A stretch of 64,000 nt of DNA from IMG/VR virus record IMGVR_UViG_3300028048_002585, one strand, 5' to 3'. The notes below the pieces were generated by a model. It was not told the origin of the DNA. It was given only the letters and a program-made list of their open reading frames with translations, and made no database searches. This document shows positions 28,488 to 39,124 of this stretch, piece by piece (the stretch's first letter is position 1; each line of letters starts with the position of its first letter). The stretch comes from an uncultured virus (IMG/VR IMGVR_UViG_3300028048_002585). Lineage: Duplodnaviria; Heunggongvirae; Uroviricota; Caudoviricetes. Both the position numbers and the translations under genes were made by a program.

Positions 28488-28516
28488 TTGTTATATACGT
28501 CAACATAATTTAAAAT
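28488..28516 (+). promoter_or_regulatory. Class-2 promoter TTGTTA-TATACGTCAA..-TAAAAT
   Basis: 17-bp spacer with conserved TATACGTCAA; follows a terminator at ~28430-28467. Confidence 0.7.
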
Positions 28517-28552
28517 AAAATTAAATAAATCATAGTTTTTAAAAAAACGGAT

Positions 28553-29023
28553 ATGAGGAACGAAAATATGTTTGGAGTAAAAAAGATATTTGAATATGAT
28601 GCGTCACTGTATAGCAGACATCAGTATAAAATGCTCAGGGATGAGATAAAGAACGGAGAGGTCGATGAACTTTATCTGAGAAGAGTAGCGGATCCCAAGA
28701 ACAGCGAATCCAAGATGAGAAATCTGATCGTGGTCTACAAGATGTTCCGTCTCGATCCCGATATGACCGATTATCTGTTCGATCTTGATAACGGAATGGC
28801 TCTTACCATAGTGTATATTGCCAGAGCATTCACATATGGAATAACGAAGGACGAAATAACAAGGCTTCTTTATGAGAAGGCAATAAGTCAGACTGAAGCA
28901 TGCATGAATATTAATGTGTATATTAAACAGCACAGCAGGGGACTCGACAAGACATATCTTAAATATGCAACATTTGATGATGAAGATATAGATTCTGGAA
29001 TAAAAGGAGTGAAGAGAATATGA
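28553..29023 (+). CDS. Hypothetical protein
   Basis: 156-aa ORF overlapping the next start (ATGA). Confidence 0.7.
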   Translation: MRNENMFGVKKIFEYDASLYSRHQYKMLRDEIKNGEVDELYLRRVADPKNSESKMRNLIVVYKMFRLDPDMTDYLFDLDNGMALTIVYIARAFTYGITKDEITRLLYEKAISQTEACMNINVYIKQHSRGLDKTYLKYATFDDEDIDSGIKGVKRI

Positions 29024-30879
29024 AGATTAAGAAATTACAGATACTTGATTTTCAGGGTATCGATGGAAGATATGAATATGAATTTAAGGATACCATAAAT
29101 GCACTCTGTCTCAGTAACGGTTCTGGAAAAACATCATTTATGAATGCTCTCCGTTATGCCATCACGGGGGAAAAGCCTTCGGGAGAATTTATCAGAAGAG
29201 GTTCACAGACCGTGGCTGTAGGTCTTACATTTCATGACGGTGTTGGGATCATAAGACAGGATTATTCTGATAAAAAATCAGCTCGTTATTTCATAAGCGG
29301 CAAGCCCGTTACAAAGGCCGCCCTTGACGGGTACCTACAGGACAGAGCAGGGGTATCACAGGATACGATGAAGATTGCAACGTCTTCTGATGTTCTAGCT
29401 GCTCTCAAGCCAAAGGAGTTTGGGAGCCTGCTCCTTTCTTATATACCTGAGAAGCTCACAAAGGAAAGAATCAAGGAAATGGCGGCATCGCCTGAAAAAC
29501 CGCTCCTTAATGAAGAGATTGCTGAAATAGATGCATTTTTCCCGGATACAGAGTTTGATACGGATGAGATAAAGGCATTTTATAAAAAAATGACTGAGCT
29601 TAGAAAAGCTATCAAGAAGTATATCAGCGAAGCAGAGGGATTTCTCAATCATTTCGGAGAGATTCCTGAAAGTATGGAATCAGAAGAAACACTTCAAAAG
29701 ATTCTTGCAGACCTTCAGGACAGACAGAAGGGTGCTTCTCTCTATAGCGAACAGATGAAGCTGTATGAACAGAAGATAAAAGAGAGAAATGATATTCTGA
29801 AGATGAAAGAGGAATATAACAAGGAGATCAGCATAATAGAAACCGAGCTCAAGAAAATGCCTAATGTGGATATTTCTAAAGAGCGTAAGGAAGCCCTTGA
29901 TAAGGAACTTGAAGAAAAGCAGAAAATCCTTGATGATGCAAACAAGGTGTATTCCGCTCTCAGTATTACTGTAGACAATCTCAAAAAGGCAATCGATAAT
30001 CTCGACAAGCCTGTATGCCCGCTTTCAGAAAAACTCAAGTGCACAACTGATAAAACACCTCTTCGTGACGAGTGGCAGAAAGCACTTGATGAGGGTAAGG
30101 CAGGAATGGCTACACAGTATAAGATTTCGGAGAAAGCTTATGCGGAGAAGAAAGACATCATTGCAAAGATAGATAAGTTCAATAATGACGTTCTAATACA
30201 TAACAGGATGAATTCACTCATGGAGAGAATGGAAAGCCTTCTCAGAAAATGTGCTGTAAAGGTTCCTGATATGCCTGTTGAACCGAAAAAATATGAAGGA
30301 AAGGATTATTCGGAAGAAATCAAGAAGGTACTTGATAAGATCGCACTTGCCAAGAATCTCGAACAGATAAAAAAGACACGTACAGAGTGTGAAAATCAAC
30401 GTAAGAGGCTCGGATATATCAATAACCTCGTATCTCTCTTTGATGAAAAGGGCAGGGTTATGGATAAGATTGCTGAATACTATATGGAAGCATTTGAGAA
30501 CCAGTGCAATTCAAAAGCCGAAAAGCTGAAGCCGGGAATGAGACTGAAGTTTGTTGCTTCAAACGGTGTTACGGTTCTTACCGATATAAGAGGAAACGGC
30601 GAGTATGTTGAATTCAGCAGCCTAAGCGGTGGAGAGAAGGCATATGTGCTGTTCATACTTCTTGATATGCTGAATAATTTGACAGGCCTCAGAATGCTGA
30701 TGCTGGATGAATTATCAGTCCTTGACGGAAACGCGTTCAGAGAGCTTGTAAAGATTCTGAAGGATAATGAAGATGATTACGATTTCATCGTGATAGCATC
30801 CGCTGAGCACGATGATAATATGAAGACACTTAATGACTATGGTATCAGAAAAATAAGATTTGACGCAGTGGAGGATTGA
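29020..30879 (+). CDS. SbcC/Rad50-like SMC ATPase
   Basis: NGSGKTS, coiled coils, CPLSEKLKC hook-like segment, LSGGE, LMLDE. Confidence 0.85.
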   Translation: MKIKKLQILDFQGIDGRYEYEFKDTINALCLSNGSGKTSFMNALRYAITGEKPSGEFIRRGSQTVAVGLTFHDGVGIIRQDYSDKKSARYFISGKPVTKAALDGYLQDRAGVSQDTMKIATSSDVLAALKPKEFGSLLLSYIPEKLTKERIKEMAASPEKPLLNEEIAEIDAFFPDTEFDTDEIKAFYKKMTELRKAIKKYISEAEGFLNHFGEIPESMESEETLQKILADLQDRQKGASLYSEQMKLYEQKIKERNDILKMKEEYNKEISIIETELKKMPNVDISKERKEALDKELEEKQKILDDANKVYSALSITVDNLKKAIDNLDKPVCPLSEKLKCTTDKTPLRDEWQKALDEGKAGMATQYKISEKAYAEKKDIIAKIDKFNNDVLIHNRMNSLMERMESLLRKCAVKVPDMPVEPKKYEGKDYSEEIKKVLDKIALAKNLEQIKKTRTECENQRKRLGYINNLVSLFDEKGRVMDKIAEYYMEAFENQCNSKAEKLKPGMRLKFVASNGVTVLTDIRGNGEYVEFSSLSGGEKAYVLFILLDMLNNLTGLRMLMLDELSVLDGNAFRELVKILKDNEDDYDFIVIASAEHDDNMKTLNDYGIRKIRFDAVED

Positions 30880-32942
30880 TTTTGTTTATCAACTGTACGA
30901 TAGACAAGTTCATATATAGAAACAAGAAAAGCGGAGAGAGTGTTTTTTCCGTCATACCGGACGGAATAAATGCTTTCCGCGAACAACTCACCGTATTTGG
31001 CAACCTTCAGTGCCGCGGCTTTGTTCAAGAGTTCCCGTCTATGCTTCCTGTGAGGATAAACGTAAGTAAGGGCAGTGACGGATACGAGGTATGGGACATA
31101 AAGCCATATGCTTACAGTGATAACGCTGTCATAAATTTTATCTCCTCGGGATATTTTAAAGGATATGGTTTGAAGAAGGCGGAAAATGTCGTGAAGAATC
31201 TCGGTAAGGATATCTTTGACAGAGAATATGGTGAACCTTATATAAGGGAGCGGCTTTCCGGTATTCTTGAGTATGAAAATCTTGCGGAAACCATTGTCCG
31301 TCTGGGAGGCAGTTTCAGGGATGTAGACAGATATTATTCAGAGCATAAACAGTATAAGGATATAACGGATAATCCGTACAGCCTGTGCGATATCCTTGAT
31401 TTTAAGACTGTTGACAGGTTTGCACTGAAGATAAAGGATGTCTATAACCTTGACAGATATATAGCTATGATAGACAGTGCTCTTAAATGTGCCGAGTCTT
31501 CAGGAAGCACATGTATGGAAGTACAACAGCTCTACGGGGCTGTAAAGAAATACGACGAAAATGTCGATCCTGTATATCTTATGACTGTACTTTTATCGGA
31601 ATCAGGAGCTGGCGGAAGATATGTCGTGTTAAATGAGGAACTTCTGTTCCGTAGGGAAATGTATGAATATGAAAAAGGAACGGAAATGTCAGTTCTCAAT
31701 ATGCTCGGAAATGAAAGGACATTCCCCGAATTCAGCAGTTCTTTGATAAGTGAAACAGAAGGCGAGAAGAATATCGTATATTCCGAGAAACAGAAAGAGG
31801 CTATATCACTGATATCGTCAAGCGGTATAAAGATCATTACTGGCGGTCCTGGTACGGGTAAGACGACTATTATAGACGGGATTATATCCGTATTTGGAAA
31901 GATGTTTCCTGATAAGAGGATAATTCTTGCCGCTCCTACGGCTAACGCAGCAAAGAGAATGCGAGAGAAAACAGGCTGTAATGCCATGACTGTCCATAAG
32001 ATGCTCGGTATCAAACCTTTCAAGAATGGTAAAGAACTTGATTTCAAAAATATTGATGATGACTTGATAATTATAGACGAAAGTTCATTTATAGATATTA
32101 GGCTTGCTTATGTATTGATGCAGGCCGTAAAAAAGTCAGCAACCCTTATATTTGTCGGTGATGCCGATCAGCTTCCATCTGTTGGTCCGGGGAACTTTTT
32201 TCTTGATATGATCCGTTCCGGACATTTGCCTGTATGTGTTCTGGATACGATATACAGACAGGGAAAAACCTCCAATATTGTCATAAATGCAGAAAAGATA
32301 AAGAATGGGGAAGGCGGACTCTGTGAGGGCGAAGATTTTGAGATAATAAAGATTGAAGCTTCAGATGATAAGACTGCTTTTAAGGATAAGATTACAGAGA
32401 TATTCAGAACATATTATAAGAAAGACAGTCCGTTTTCGGTAAGGCTTTATTCGCCTGTCAAGAAAAGGAATTACGAGGTCGGGACGAGAAGCCTTAATGA
32501 TTACCTTCAGGAGATATATAAGAGTTCGGACAAATGTATTACTTTCGGCATGACAAAGTATTACGTAGGGGATCCGATAATCTTTACAAGAAATAATTAT
32601 GATGCAGGATATTGTAACGGGGATGAGGGCATCATTACCGAGCTTACCTCGGATATGATGACCATAAAAACTGATGACGGTTACATAGAGCTATATGATT
32701 TTGATGACGTAGAGCTTGCTTATGCCATTACAACACATAAATCACAGGGCAGTGAGTGTGATATAGGGATAGTAGTAATTCCTTCCGCTCCGGTGTCGAT
32801 GCTTAACCGCAATATTCTCTATGTGGCATCGACCAGAGCAAGAAATAGGACTATAGTCATATATGAAGGAAGGGCTCTTGAGATAGCTATAGAGAACAAA
32901 TATAAGAATAAACGAATAACCGGATTGTTTTACAGAACATAA
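30876..32942 (+). CDS. recD2: RecD2-like SF1B helicase
   Basis: NPYSL, GGPGTGKTT, IIDESS, GDADQLPSVGPG, YRQ, AYAITTHKSQGSE, YVASTRA. Confidence 0.9.
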   Translation: MILFINCTIDKFIYRNKKSGESVFSVIPDGINAFREQLTVFGNLQCRGFVQEFPSMLPVRINVSKGSDGYEVWDIKPYAYSDNAVINFISSGYFKGYGLKKAENVVKNLGKDIFDREYGEPYIRERLSGILEYENLAETIVRLGGSFRDVDRYYSEHKQYKDITDNPYSLCDILDFKTVDRFALKIKDVYNLDRYIAMIDSALKCAESSGSTCMEVQQLYGAVKKYDENVDPVYLMTVLLSESGAGGRYVVLNEELLFRREMYEYEKGTEMSVLNMLGNERTFPEFSSSLISETEGEKNIVYSEKQKEAISLISSSGIKIITGGPGTGKTTIIDGIISVFGKMFPDKRIILAAPTANAAKRMREKTGCNAMTVHKMLGIKPFKNGKELDFKNIDDDLIIIDESSFIDIRLAYVLMQAVKKSATLIFVGDADQLPSVGPGNFFLDMIRSGHLPVCVLDTIYRQGKTSNIVINAEKIKNGEGGLCEGEDFEIIKIEASDDKTAFKDKITEIFRTYYKKDSPFSVRLYSPVKKRNYEVGTRSLNDYLQEIYKSSDKCITFGMTKYYVGDPIIFTRNNYDAGYCNGDEGIITELTSDMMTIKTDDGYIELYDFDDVELAYAITTHKSQGSECDIGIVVIPSAPVSMLNRNILYVASTRARNRTIVIYEGRALEIAIENKYKNKRITGLFYRT

Positions 32943-32954
32943 AAAGGAGTAACA

Positions 32955-33563
32955 ATGCTGACATTTGGAAAAGTATTTATGATAGATAAGCGCACAGAGA
33001 CATATGAAAAAGCACTAGAGAGAGAAGCTCTGATGGTTGAAGAAAGGTTTAAGAACAGTTTTAGGAAGATTAAGCATTGCGGATTGGTTATATTTTTAAA
33101 ATCTGCCTTTCTGTATGGGTTGATACTCGGTATGTTTGTCACTCTGTATGAAAATCGTGGTATAAGGATTCCAATCGTCAGTATGATCGGTACGGTTTTC
33201 ATTGTAACAATACTCACCACATATCTTGCTATGAGAAATAAGAGCATCGAGCTGTTAAAGGAAGACAGGTCTGACTTTGACAGATTTGTTTTTAAGAAAA
33301 TGATATTTACGAACATCCGTGTTATTAAGAACGGAATGTCAAATAGATCTGTAAAAATACTTGGATACGATGTGAATAAAAAAGATACCATTCTTATAAG
33401 CATTAATGATGGCAAAGGATGGATGGAGAAAGAGCTGTTCTGCAAATTTCTTATAAAGGAAAGCGACGACAATATCCTTGAATTTCACGATGACCATATT
33501 GAGGCATTTATATCCAGGGATATGATAAATACATTAATTACAAAGGAAGGAAGAAAGAAATGA
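32955..33563 (+). CDS. Membrane protein (two TM helices)
   Basis: Hydrophobic pair; AAGGAG RBS. Confidence 0.7.
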   Translation: MLTFGKVFMIDKRTETYEKALEREALMVEERFKNSFRKIKHCGLVIFLKSAFLYGLILGMFVTLYENRGIRIPIVSMIGTVFIVTILTTYLAMRNKSIELLKEDRSDFDRFVFKKMIFTNIRVIKNGMSNRSVKILGYDVNKKDTILISINDGKGWMEKELFCKFLIKESDDNILEFHDDHIEAFISRDMINTLITKEGRKK

Positions 33564-36238
33564 GTCAGCATGCATTACTGATAGCAGAAAAACCTGATCT
33601 GATGCGTCAGATTGAGGCAGTCTATAACAAAAACAAGAATGTGATACCTTATGAGATAACCTTCTGTGCTCAGCGTGGTCATCTGGTTACACTTATGCTG
33701 CCGGACGAGATAGATCCGGCACAGAAGAGATGGGCGTGGGAGACTCTTCCGTTCGAACCGGAAAACTGCGGAGGATGGAAGTATAAGGTCATAACCGAGC
33801 AGAAGCAGGGTAATTTCCTTACATCTCAGGAGCGGTATAAGTCTATAGAATCGGAACTAAAGTCGGGTAAATATGATTATGTCATACATGCAGGGGATCC
33901 CGATCAGGAAGGAGAGCTGCTGGTGAGGCTTGTTCTTGAAATGGCAGGAAACAAACTTCCGGTAATGAGATTCTGGACGAATGACCTTACTGAAGCTCAT
34001 ATTCTTAATGCTCTTCAAAATCTGAGGAATGATGATACGGATATAATGCTTCGCAATCTTTCTGATGCTGCATACGGACGCCAGCATTCAGATTACCGCT
34101 TTGGCATGAATGTCAGCCGTGCAGCAACTCTTCAGATGAATGCCCGTATAGCCATAGCCTGCGGAAGAGTTAAGTCGCCTATCCTTGCGATAGTATGCAA
34201 GAGAGAGGATGAAATAAAAAATTTCAAGGCGAAAACAGTTTATGGAGTGAAGGCTGAATACTCTGAGGGTTTCAGCGGAACTCTTTTCAGTAAGGAAAAT
34301 ATAGATGAGAGCGACTCCGATGAAGATAAGAAGAATGGTGTTGTATGGTTTGAAACCCGTAACGAAGCACAGGAAGTGATAAACAGCCTTGATGACAGAG
34401 CAAGCGTTATAGAATATAAATCCGAAGAAGTATCTACATATGCTCCTAAGCTGTTTAAACTTGCAACCCTTCAGATCGAGGCGGGCAAACTGGGATATAA
34501 TGACGGTTATACTCTTCAGATAATTCAGGGATTGTATGAGAAGAAACTTCTTTCGTATCCGAGAACGGACTGTGAATTTCTTAGCAGTAACGAAGATTTT
34601 TACGGAATACTCAAAGCTTTGCTTGCTGTTCCCGAGTTTGAGCCTTATATAAGGGGCATATCGAATCAGGCGATAGAAAGAGTGCGTCATACAAAGAAAT
34701 GGATAAATGACAAGGCTCTTGAGGAATCTGGACATTCCGCTCTCAGGCCTACAACTCTTTCCCCGGATCTTTCTCAACTTTCAGAGGATGAAAAAACAAT
34801 CTATAGCATTGTATGCAGAAGATTCGTTGCCATGTTCCTTCCTCCGCTTATCCAGAACAAGAGACGCCTTGTTACTGATATAGACGGTAAAACATTTGTG
34901 AGTACAGGAAAAACGGTCATTGATCCGGGCTATTCTGTAATCTTTGGTACTAAATTTACTGATAATGTCATTCCGGAGCATACTGTAGGTGATGGTATTG
35001 ACGTAGATTCTTTCGATGTAACGGAAAAAACTTCCCAGTGTCCAAAGAGATATACTTCTCCTGATCTTATCGCGGTATGTGAAAATCCGGCTAAATTTCT
35101 TGAGGATGAAAAGCTGAAGAGTCTTGGTAAAAGGCTCAAGATAGGAACTCCGGCTACACGTTCGGGTATTATTGAACAGCTGATGAATAAGGATAAGTAT
35201 CTTGATATAAAACGAGAGGGAAAGAAGAACTACATTATACCGACGGATCTCGGTATGGCTATAATCAGAAATCTCGGTCCGTGCGATATCTGTAAGGTAG
35301 ATCTTACTGGCGAATGGGAAGAGAAGCTTGAAGATGTAAGAACAGGGAAAATGACTCTTCAGAAGCTGGAAGATGAGATGAGACAGGGTGTAAGGGATAT
35401 GATTGCGGATATAAAGAGGACACCTATGACTCCGTTCTCTTTCAGAAGCTCTACCAAGGTTGTAGGTACATGCAAGAGCTGTGGTAAAGATATCATAGAA
35501 AGTGAGAAAGGGTTCTCCTGTACAGGCTATAAAAAGGACGGAAGCGGCTGTAATCTTATGCTGTGGAAAAATAAATGGGGAACCGTTTTCACATATGATG
35601 ACTTTGTAAGCCTTATCGACGAAAAGAAAGAGATAGAGAAACAGATTACCGTAAGCCTTAAGACATGGAAGCAGAAGATAAGGTATAACTTCGATAAGCA
35701 TGATGTAGAATATGTCGAGGATGTGGGAATTGAAATGTGCACATGTCCTTCGTGTCTAAAAAAGATCGTTGCAACAGAACGAAGATTTTACTGCAGAGGC
35801 TGCGATTTGTCCATACAGAGAGCCTTTGTGGGAACAGATCTGACAAATGAGCAGATGATTAAGCTCCTTTCGGGAGAACAGCTGATAGTCACATGTAAGA
35901 AAGATGATAAGACATGGGAACAGAAGATACTGTTCAATAAAGAAACAAAAAAGATAGATTTTTTTACAAATAAATCAGATTACAAGTGTCCTTGCTGTAA
36001 AGGAAAGCCTAACCTTATCTCGACAGACAGAATGCTGAAGTGCCCTGATCAGAAGTGCGGATTTACACTCTGGAAGGTTGTAGCCGGTGTTACCCTCAGT
36101 GACGAAAGTATTACGATGCTCATCAATCAGGGAAGCACAGGAGTCATAAGGGGCTTTAAATCAAAGAAGAACAGCACTTTTGATGCCCGCCTGAAGCTGA
36201 ACAAGAGAAAAAAAGCTGTAGAATTTGATTTTGGATAA
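33560..36238 (+). CDS. topB: Type IA DNA topoisomerase (Topo III-like) with C-terminal zinc-ribbon repeats
   Basis: IAEKP, AGDPDQEGE, GRVKSP, SYPRTD, IGTPATR; repeated CxxC. Confidence 0.92.
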   Translation: MSQHALLIAEKPDLMRQIEAVYNKNKNVIPYEITFCAQRGHLVTLMLPDEIDPAQKRWAWETLPFEPENCGGWKYKVITEQKQGNFLTSQERYKSIESELKSGKYDYVIHAGDPDQEGELLVRLVLEMAGNKLPVMRFWTNDLTEAHILNALQNLRNDDTDIMLRNLSDAAYGRQHSDYRFGMNVSRAATLQMNARIAIACGRVKSPILAIVCKREDEIKNFKAKTVYGVKAEYSEGFSGTLFSKENIDESDSDEDKKNGVVWFETRNEAQEVINSLDDRASVIEYKSEEVSTYAPKLFKLATLQIEAGKLGYNDGYTLQIIQGLYEKKLLSYPRTDCEFLSSNEDFYGILKALLAVPEFEPYIRGISNQAIERVRHTKKWINDKALEESGHSALRPTTLSPDLSQLSEDEKTIYSIVCRRFVAMFLPPLIQNKRRLVTDIDGKTFVSTGKTVIDPGYSVIFGTKFTDNVIPEHTVGDGIDVDSFDVTEKTSQCPKRYTSPDLIAVCENPAKFLEDEKLKSLGKRLKIGTPATRSGIIEQLMNKDKYLDIKREGKKNYIIPTDLGMAIIRNLGPCDICKVDLTGEWEEKLEDVRTGKMTLQKLEDEMRQGVRDMIADIKRTPMTPFSFRSSTKVVGTCKSCGKDIIESEKGFSCTGYKKDGSGCNLMLWKNKWGTVFTYDDFVSLIDEKKEIEKQITVSLKTWKQKIRYNFDKHDVEYVEDVGIEMCTCPSCLKKIVATERRFYCRGCDLSIQRAFVGTDLTNEQMIKLLSGEQLIVTCKKDDKTWEQKILFNKETKKIDFFTNKSDYKCPCCKGKPNLISTDRMLKCPDQKCGFTLWKVVAGVTLSDESITMLINQGSTGVIRGFKSKKNSTFDARLKLNKRKKAVEFDFG

Positions 36239-36581
36239 AGTAAGAGATGTATAATGAAACGAAGTGGCAGCGTGAGTCAACGCTGTCATTTTTATATTCT
36301 CCAAATTTGTTCGGGTACTAAGAAGAACAGTCTAAATTATTATATTCTGAATTATAATAATTTAAAATATAATAATTCATGTTTTTGTTATAAAAAATAC
36401 GAAGATATGTATGCATTTTTATAAATATGGTTAATTAAATGAAATATTCAACAGATATTAATAAGTTTTTTAGTGATTTTTTGGGGTGATAATCTATATT
36501 TTGGTGATTTTTATTTTTTTTTATACATAATATATATAGAGGAACAATTTCCGAATATATTTTTACCGAAAGGATTGTGTT

Positions 36582-36980
36582 ATGGAAAAAGACGATAACT
36601 TAATTGAAGGTGTTAACGAGGATCCTTCTGTAGGGCATATAATCACCCGTGATGAAGCGATAGCTCTCTTATATAAAATATCTTCACAGATAGATAAAAG
36701 GTTCATTGCCCCGCTTGGTGAGGTTATCTACTGTCTTCAGGCAGAGCAGATTAATTTCCATGTATGGGGAGGAAATCCTAATGAAACCGCATACCTGTTT
36801 TTATCCCCTAATTCTCATCGTATAACAGATATCGAACGTGAAGAGCTCCGGAGAATATTTAAAAAATACCGATATGGTCTATCATCATCTGATATGGACG
36901 AACGTAAGCTTGCAGCGGATGAATATGATGCTTATCTGCAGAGTTTTATTTTGAGAGGAGATAAGAAAGATGAAAGCTGA
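36582..36980 (+). CDS. Hypothetical protein
   Basis: 132-aa ORF after a TTATACATAATA motif at 36521. Confidence 0.65.
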   Translation: MEKDDNLIEGVNEDPSVGHIITRDEAIALLYKISSQIDKRFIAPLGEVIYCLQAEQINFHVWGGNPNETAYLFLSPNSHRITDIEREELRRIFKKYRYGLSSSDMDERKLAADEYDAYLQSFILRGDKKDES

Positions 36981-37263
36981 AGATAAGGAAATGAAAAGAA
37001 ATGACCTGTGTCTTAACGTCTTTTCTTCGAGATTACAGTATCTGATGAAGAAGAGAGGAATCTCTATAACCCAGATGGCTGAATTCTGCGGAGTTACTAC
37101 AAGTACATTTTCATCATATTATCATGGAAAAGCTGATCCTAAACTATCCGTAGTGATGTTGATCGCGCATCGGCTTAACGTGACTGTTGATGAACTATGC
37201 GATCTTGACGTTATCAAAATCGTATGCTGGCAGAATAAGCAGTATTTGTGGGAAAAACATTAA
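36970..37263 (+). CDS. XRE-family HTH regulator
   Basis: RGISITQMAEFCGVTTSTFSSY..P..IAHRLNVTVDEL. Confidence 0.85.
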   Translation: MKAEDKEMKRNDLCLNVFSSRLQYLMKKRGISITQMAEFCGVTTSTFSSYYHGKADPKLSVVMLIAHRLNVTVDELCDLDVIKIVCWQNKQYLWEKH

Positions 37264-37373
37264 TACTTGTTAAGGAAAACAAGAAAATGGCCCATGATGG
37301 CCTACCTGCTGCGCAGGACATTATAAAACCGCCTCAACGTGCAATACGAAGGGCGGTTTTATATTTGCTATAT

Positions 37374-38840
37374 TTAGCTGAACTGATCATCTATCCAGTC
37401 ATCGCTTTGAGTGTCGGTAAATGATGCATCGTATTCTTCAATACTGTTAGTGACCTCATCATCGTCCTGGCCTCCGGTCATAAACGGATCATCGTCATCG
37501 GACTCCTGGGCAGATTCAACTTCGCTTTCATCAGTTTCCGGAACTTTACCGATCATTTTATTGTAATTATCGTACTCAGCTGTCAGCTGCGCTTTCATCT
37601 GTATATATTCTTCTTCATCCGACATTTTGTCCTTTTCTTGTTTCTTGATATTTTCCGTCAGGTTCTTTTTCTTATTTCCTGTAATCGTATGCTTCATAGG
37701 ATGCTTTGCAATATATATCATAAATATAATGACTGCTACTGAAAGAGTCAGGCCGATAATAAGCCCTACATCGACAGAAGATTTCTGTTCTTCCTCCGGC
37801 ATAACCGCTTCCTCTGTAGTCTTTTCTATATCATCTTCAGGAATGGCTTCTATCTCTGTTTTGCTTCCTGCATATTCCTTTGGTATGAACGAGCATACAT
37901 TGTCCGTATTTATGGACCATTTTCCGTATTCTGCATGAGAAACATCCAGCTGTACAAAGGTGTCTGTCCATGTAAGAAATATATTCATGGAAGATGTACG
38001 GAGCTGTGTCGTATCCTCTGAGAGTTCGCTAGTAGTTCCGTCGGGTGATGTAAGAGTTACAACGGTAGGACGGGGAGAACCTTCCTCATCGACAGGATAT
38101 CTTACTACAATCGTAAGAACAGGACTTCGTTCGGTTATTTCGAATACGTAGTTGGTTCCTTTTTTGGATCCTGTGTCTGTTACGGATTCCTGTTCAGAGA
38201 GAGAGTAGATGTCGTCATAATTATATACAATACCCGCATCATTCTCCATTTCGGCAAGAAGACTCTCATTGTGTACCCTTGCTTTCTGTGCCATTGAAAG
38301 AGCGTTATATGAATATCGGGTCTTCTTTATGTCTTCCGAACTCTTTGATTCTTCAGAGTAAAGATTATATATATCTTCTTCAACCTTGGCTGCAGATTCT
38401 CCGTCGGAATTAAGATATGCCACCTCATTAGAGTTATAGTTTTCTCCGTGGGGGAGCGGATCCCCATTCTCTGGAGGATTTAGAAGCACTCCATCCGCTC
38501 CAAGAATGTATATTCCTATATTTGTATCGTGTTGCATTATTCCGTCGGCACCAAAGTAATACCATACATTCTGAGGCTTATACCATCCCTTTATGATCTT
38601 TCCGTCTACAACGTAACGCTTTCCCGCATTTGAATCCTGCCACACGCCGGGCTCTGCATCTGTCGGGCTGGCTTTTTCTTCTTTCTCTGGTACTGGTTCA
38701 TCTTCAGATGAATTTTCACCCTGTTCCTGTGTATCAGCCGTATTGGTATGGAATATCTGTGTTTCAGTTACTTTGCCCGGGCTGAATGTCATCATTAATG
38801 ACGTGATTATGGATATTGTAAGTAACTTAGTCTTTAACAT
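37374..38840 (-). CDS. Secreted cell-wall-binding-repeat protein with C-terminal TM anchor and acidic tail
   Basis: Signal peptide, GWY..WYYFGADGIM repeat, TM LIIGLTLSVAVIIFMIYI. Confidence 0.75.
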   Translation of the reverse strand: MLKTKLLTISIITSLMMTFSPGKVTETQIFHTNTADTQEQGENSSEDEPVPEKEEKASPTDAEPGVWQDSNAGKRYVVDGKIIKGWYKPQNVWYYFGADGIMQHDTNIGIYILGADGVLLNPPENGDPLPHGENYNSNEVAYLNSDGESAAKVEEDIYNLYSEESKSSEDIKKTRYSYNALSMAQKARVHNESLLAEMENDAGIVYNYDDIYSLSEQESVTDTGSKKGTNYVFEITERSPVLTIVVRYPVDEEGSPRPTVVTLTSPDGTTSELSEDTTQLRTSSMNIFLTWTDTFVQLDVSHAEYGKWSINTDNVCSFIPKEYAGSKTEIEAIPEDDIEKTTEEAVMPEEEQKSSVDVGLIIGLTLSVAVIIFMIYIAKHPMKHTITGNKKKNLTENIKKQEKDKMSDEEEYIQMKAQLTAEYDNYNKMIGKVPETDESEVESAQESDDDDPFMTGGQDDDEVTNSIEEYDASFTDTQSDDWIDDQFS

Positions 38841-38960
38841 TTTAAAACCTCTTATATTTGTATTTTGTACCAAAACCCTCAAGGTTTTGACTTTATACGT
38901 TTTAATAAGAAAACGTGAGTAAAAAAAATGAAAAAAATGTATTAACTAGACCGTCTGTCC

Positions 38961-39120
38961 TTGATGATTTAGTACAAAATGGTAATTTAAGCACTTTATT
39001 TTAAACAAAATATTGAATATTTATTAAAAAAATTAGCGTTTTCCTTGATGGTTTAGTACAAAATATCATTATAACGTTATAATTCTGCCTATTTTCTCAT
39101 TCCTTGATGGTTTAGTACAA
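38961..39120 (+). repeat. Three dispersed iterons downstream of rep (control-type)
   Basis: TTGATG(G/A)TTTAGTACAA at 38961, 39045, 39104. Confidence 0.85.
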
Positions 39121-39124
39121 AATA

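Noticed and set aside
34088..35701. Long minus-strand ORFs (229 and 306 aa)
   Set aside because: Antisense shadows of the topoisomerase gene with no motifs.
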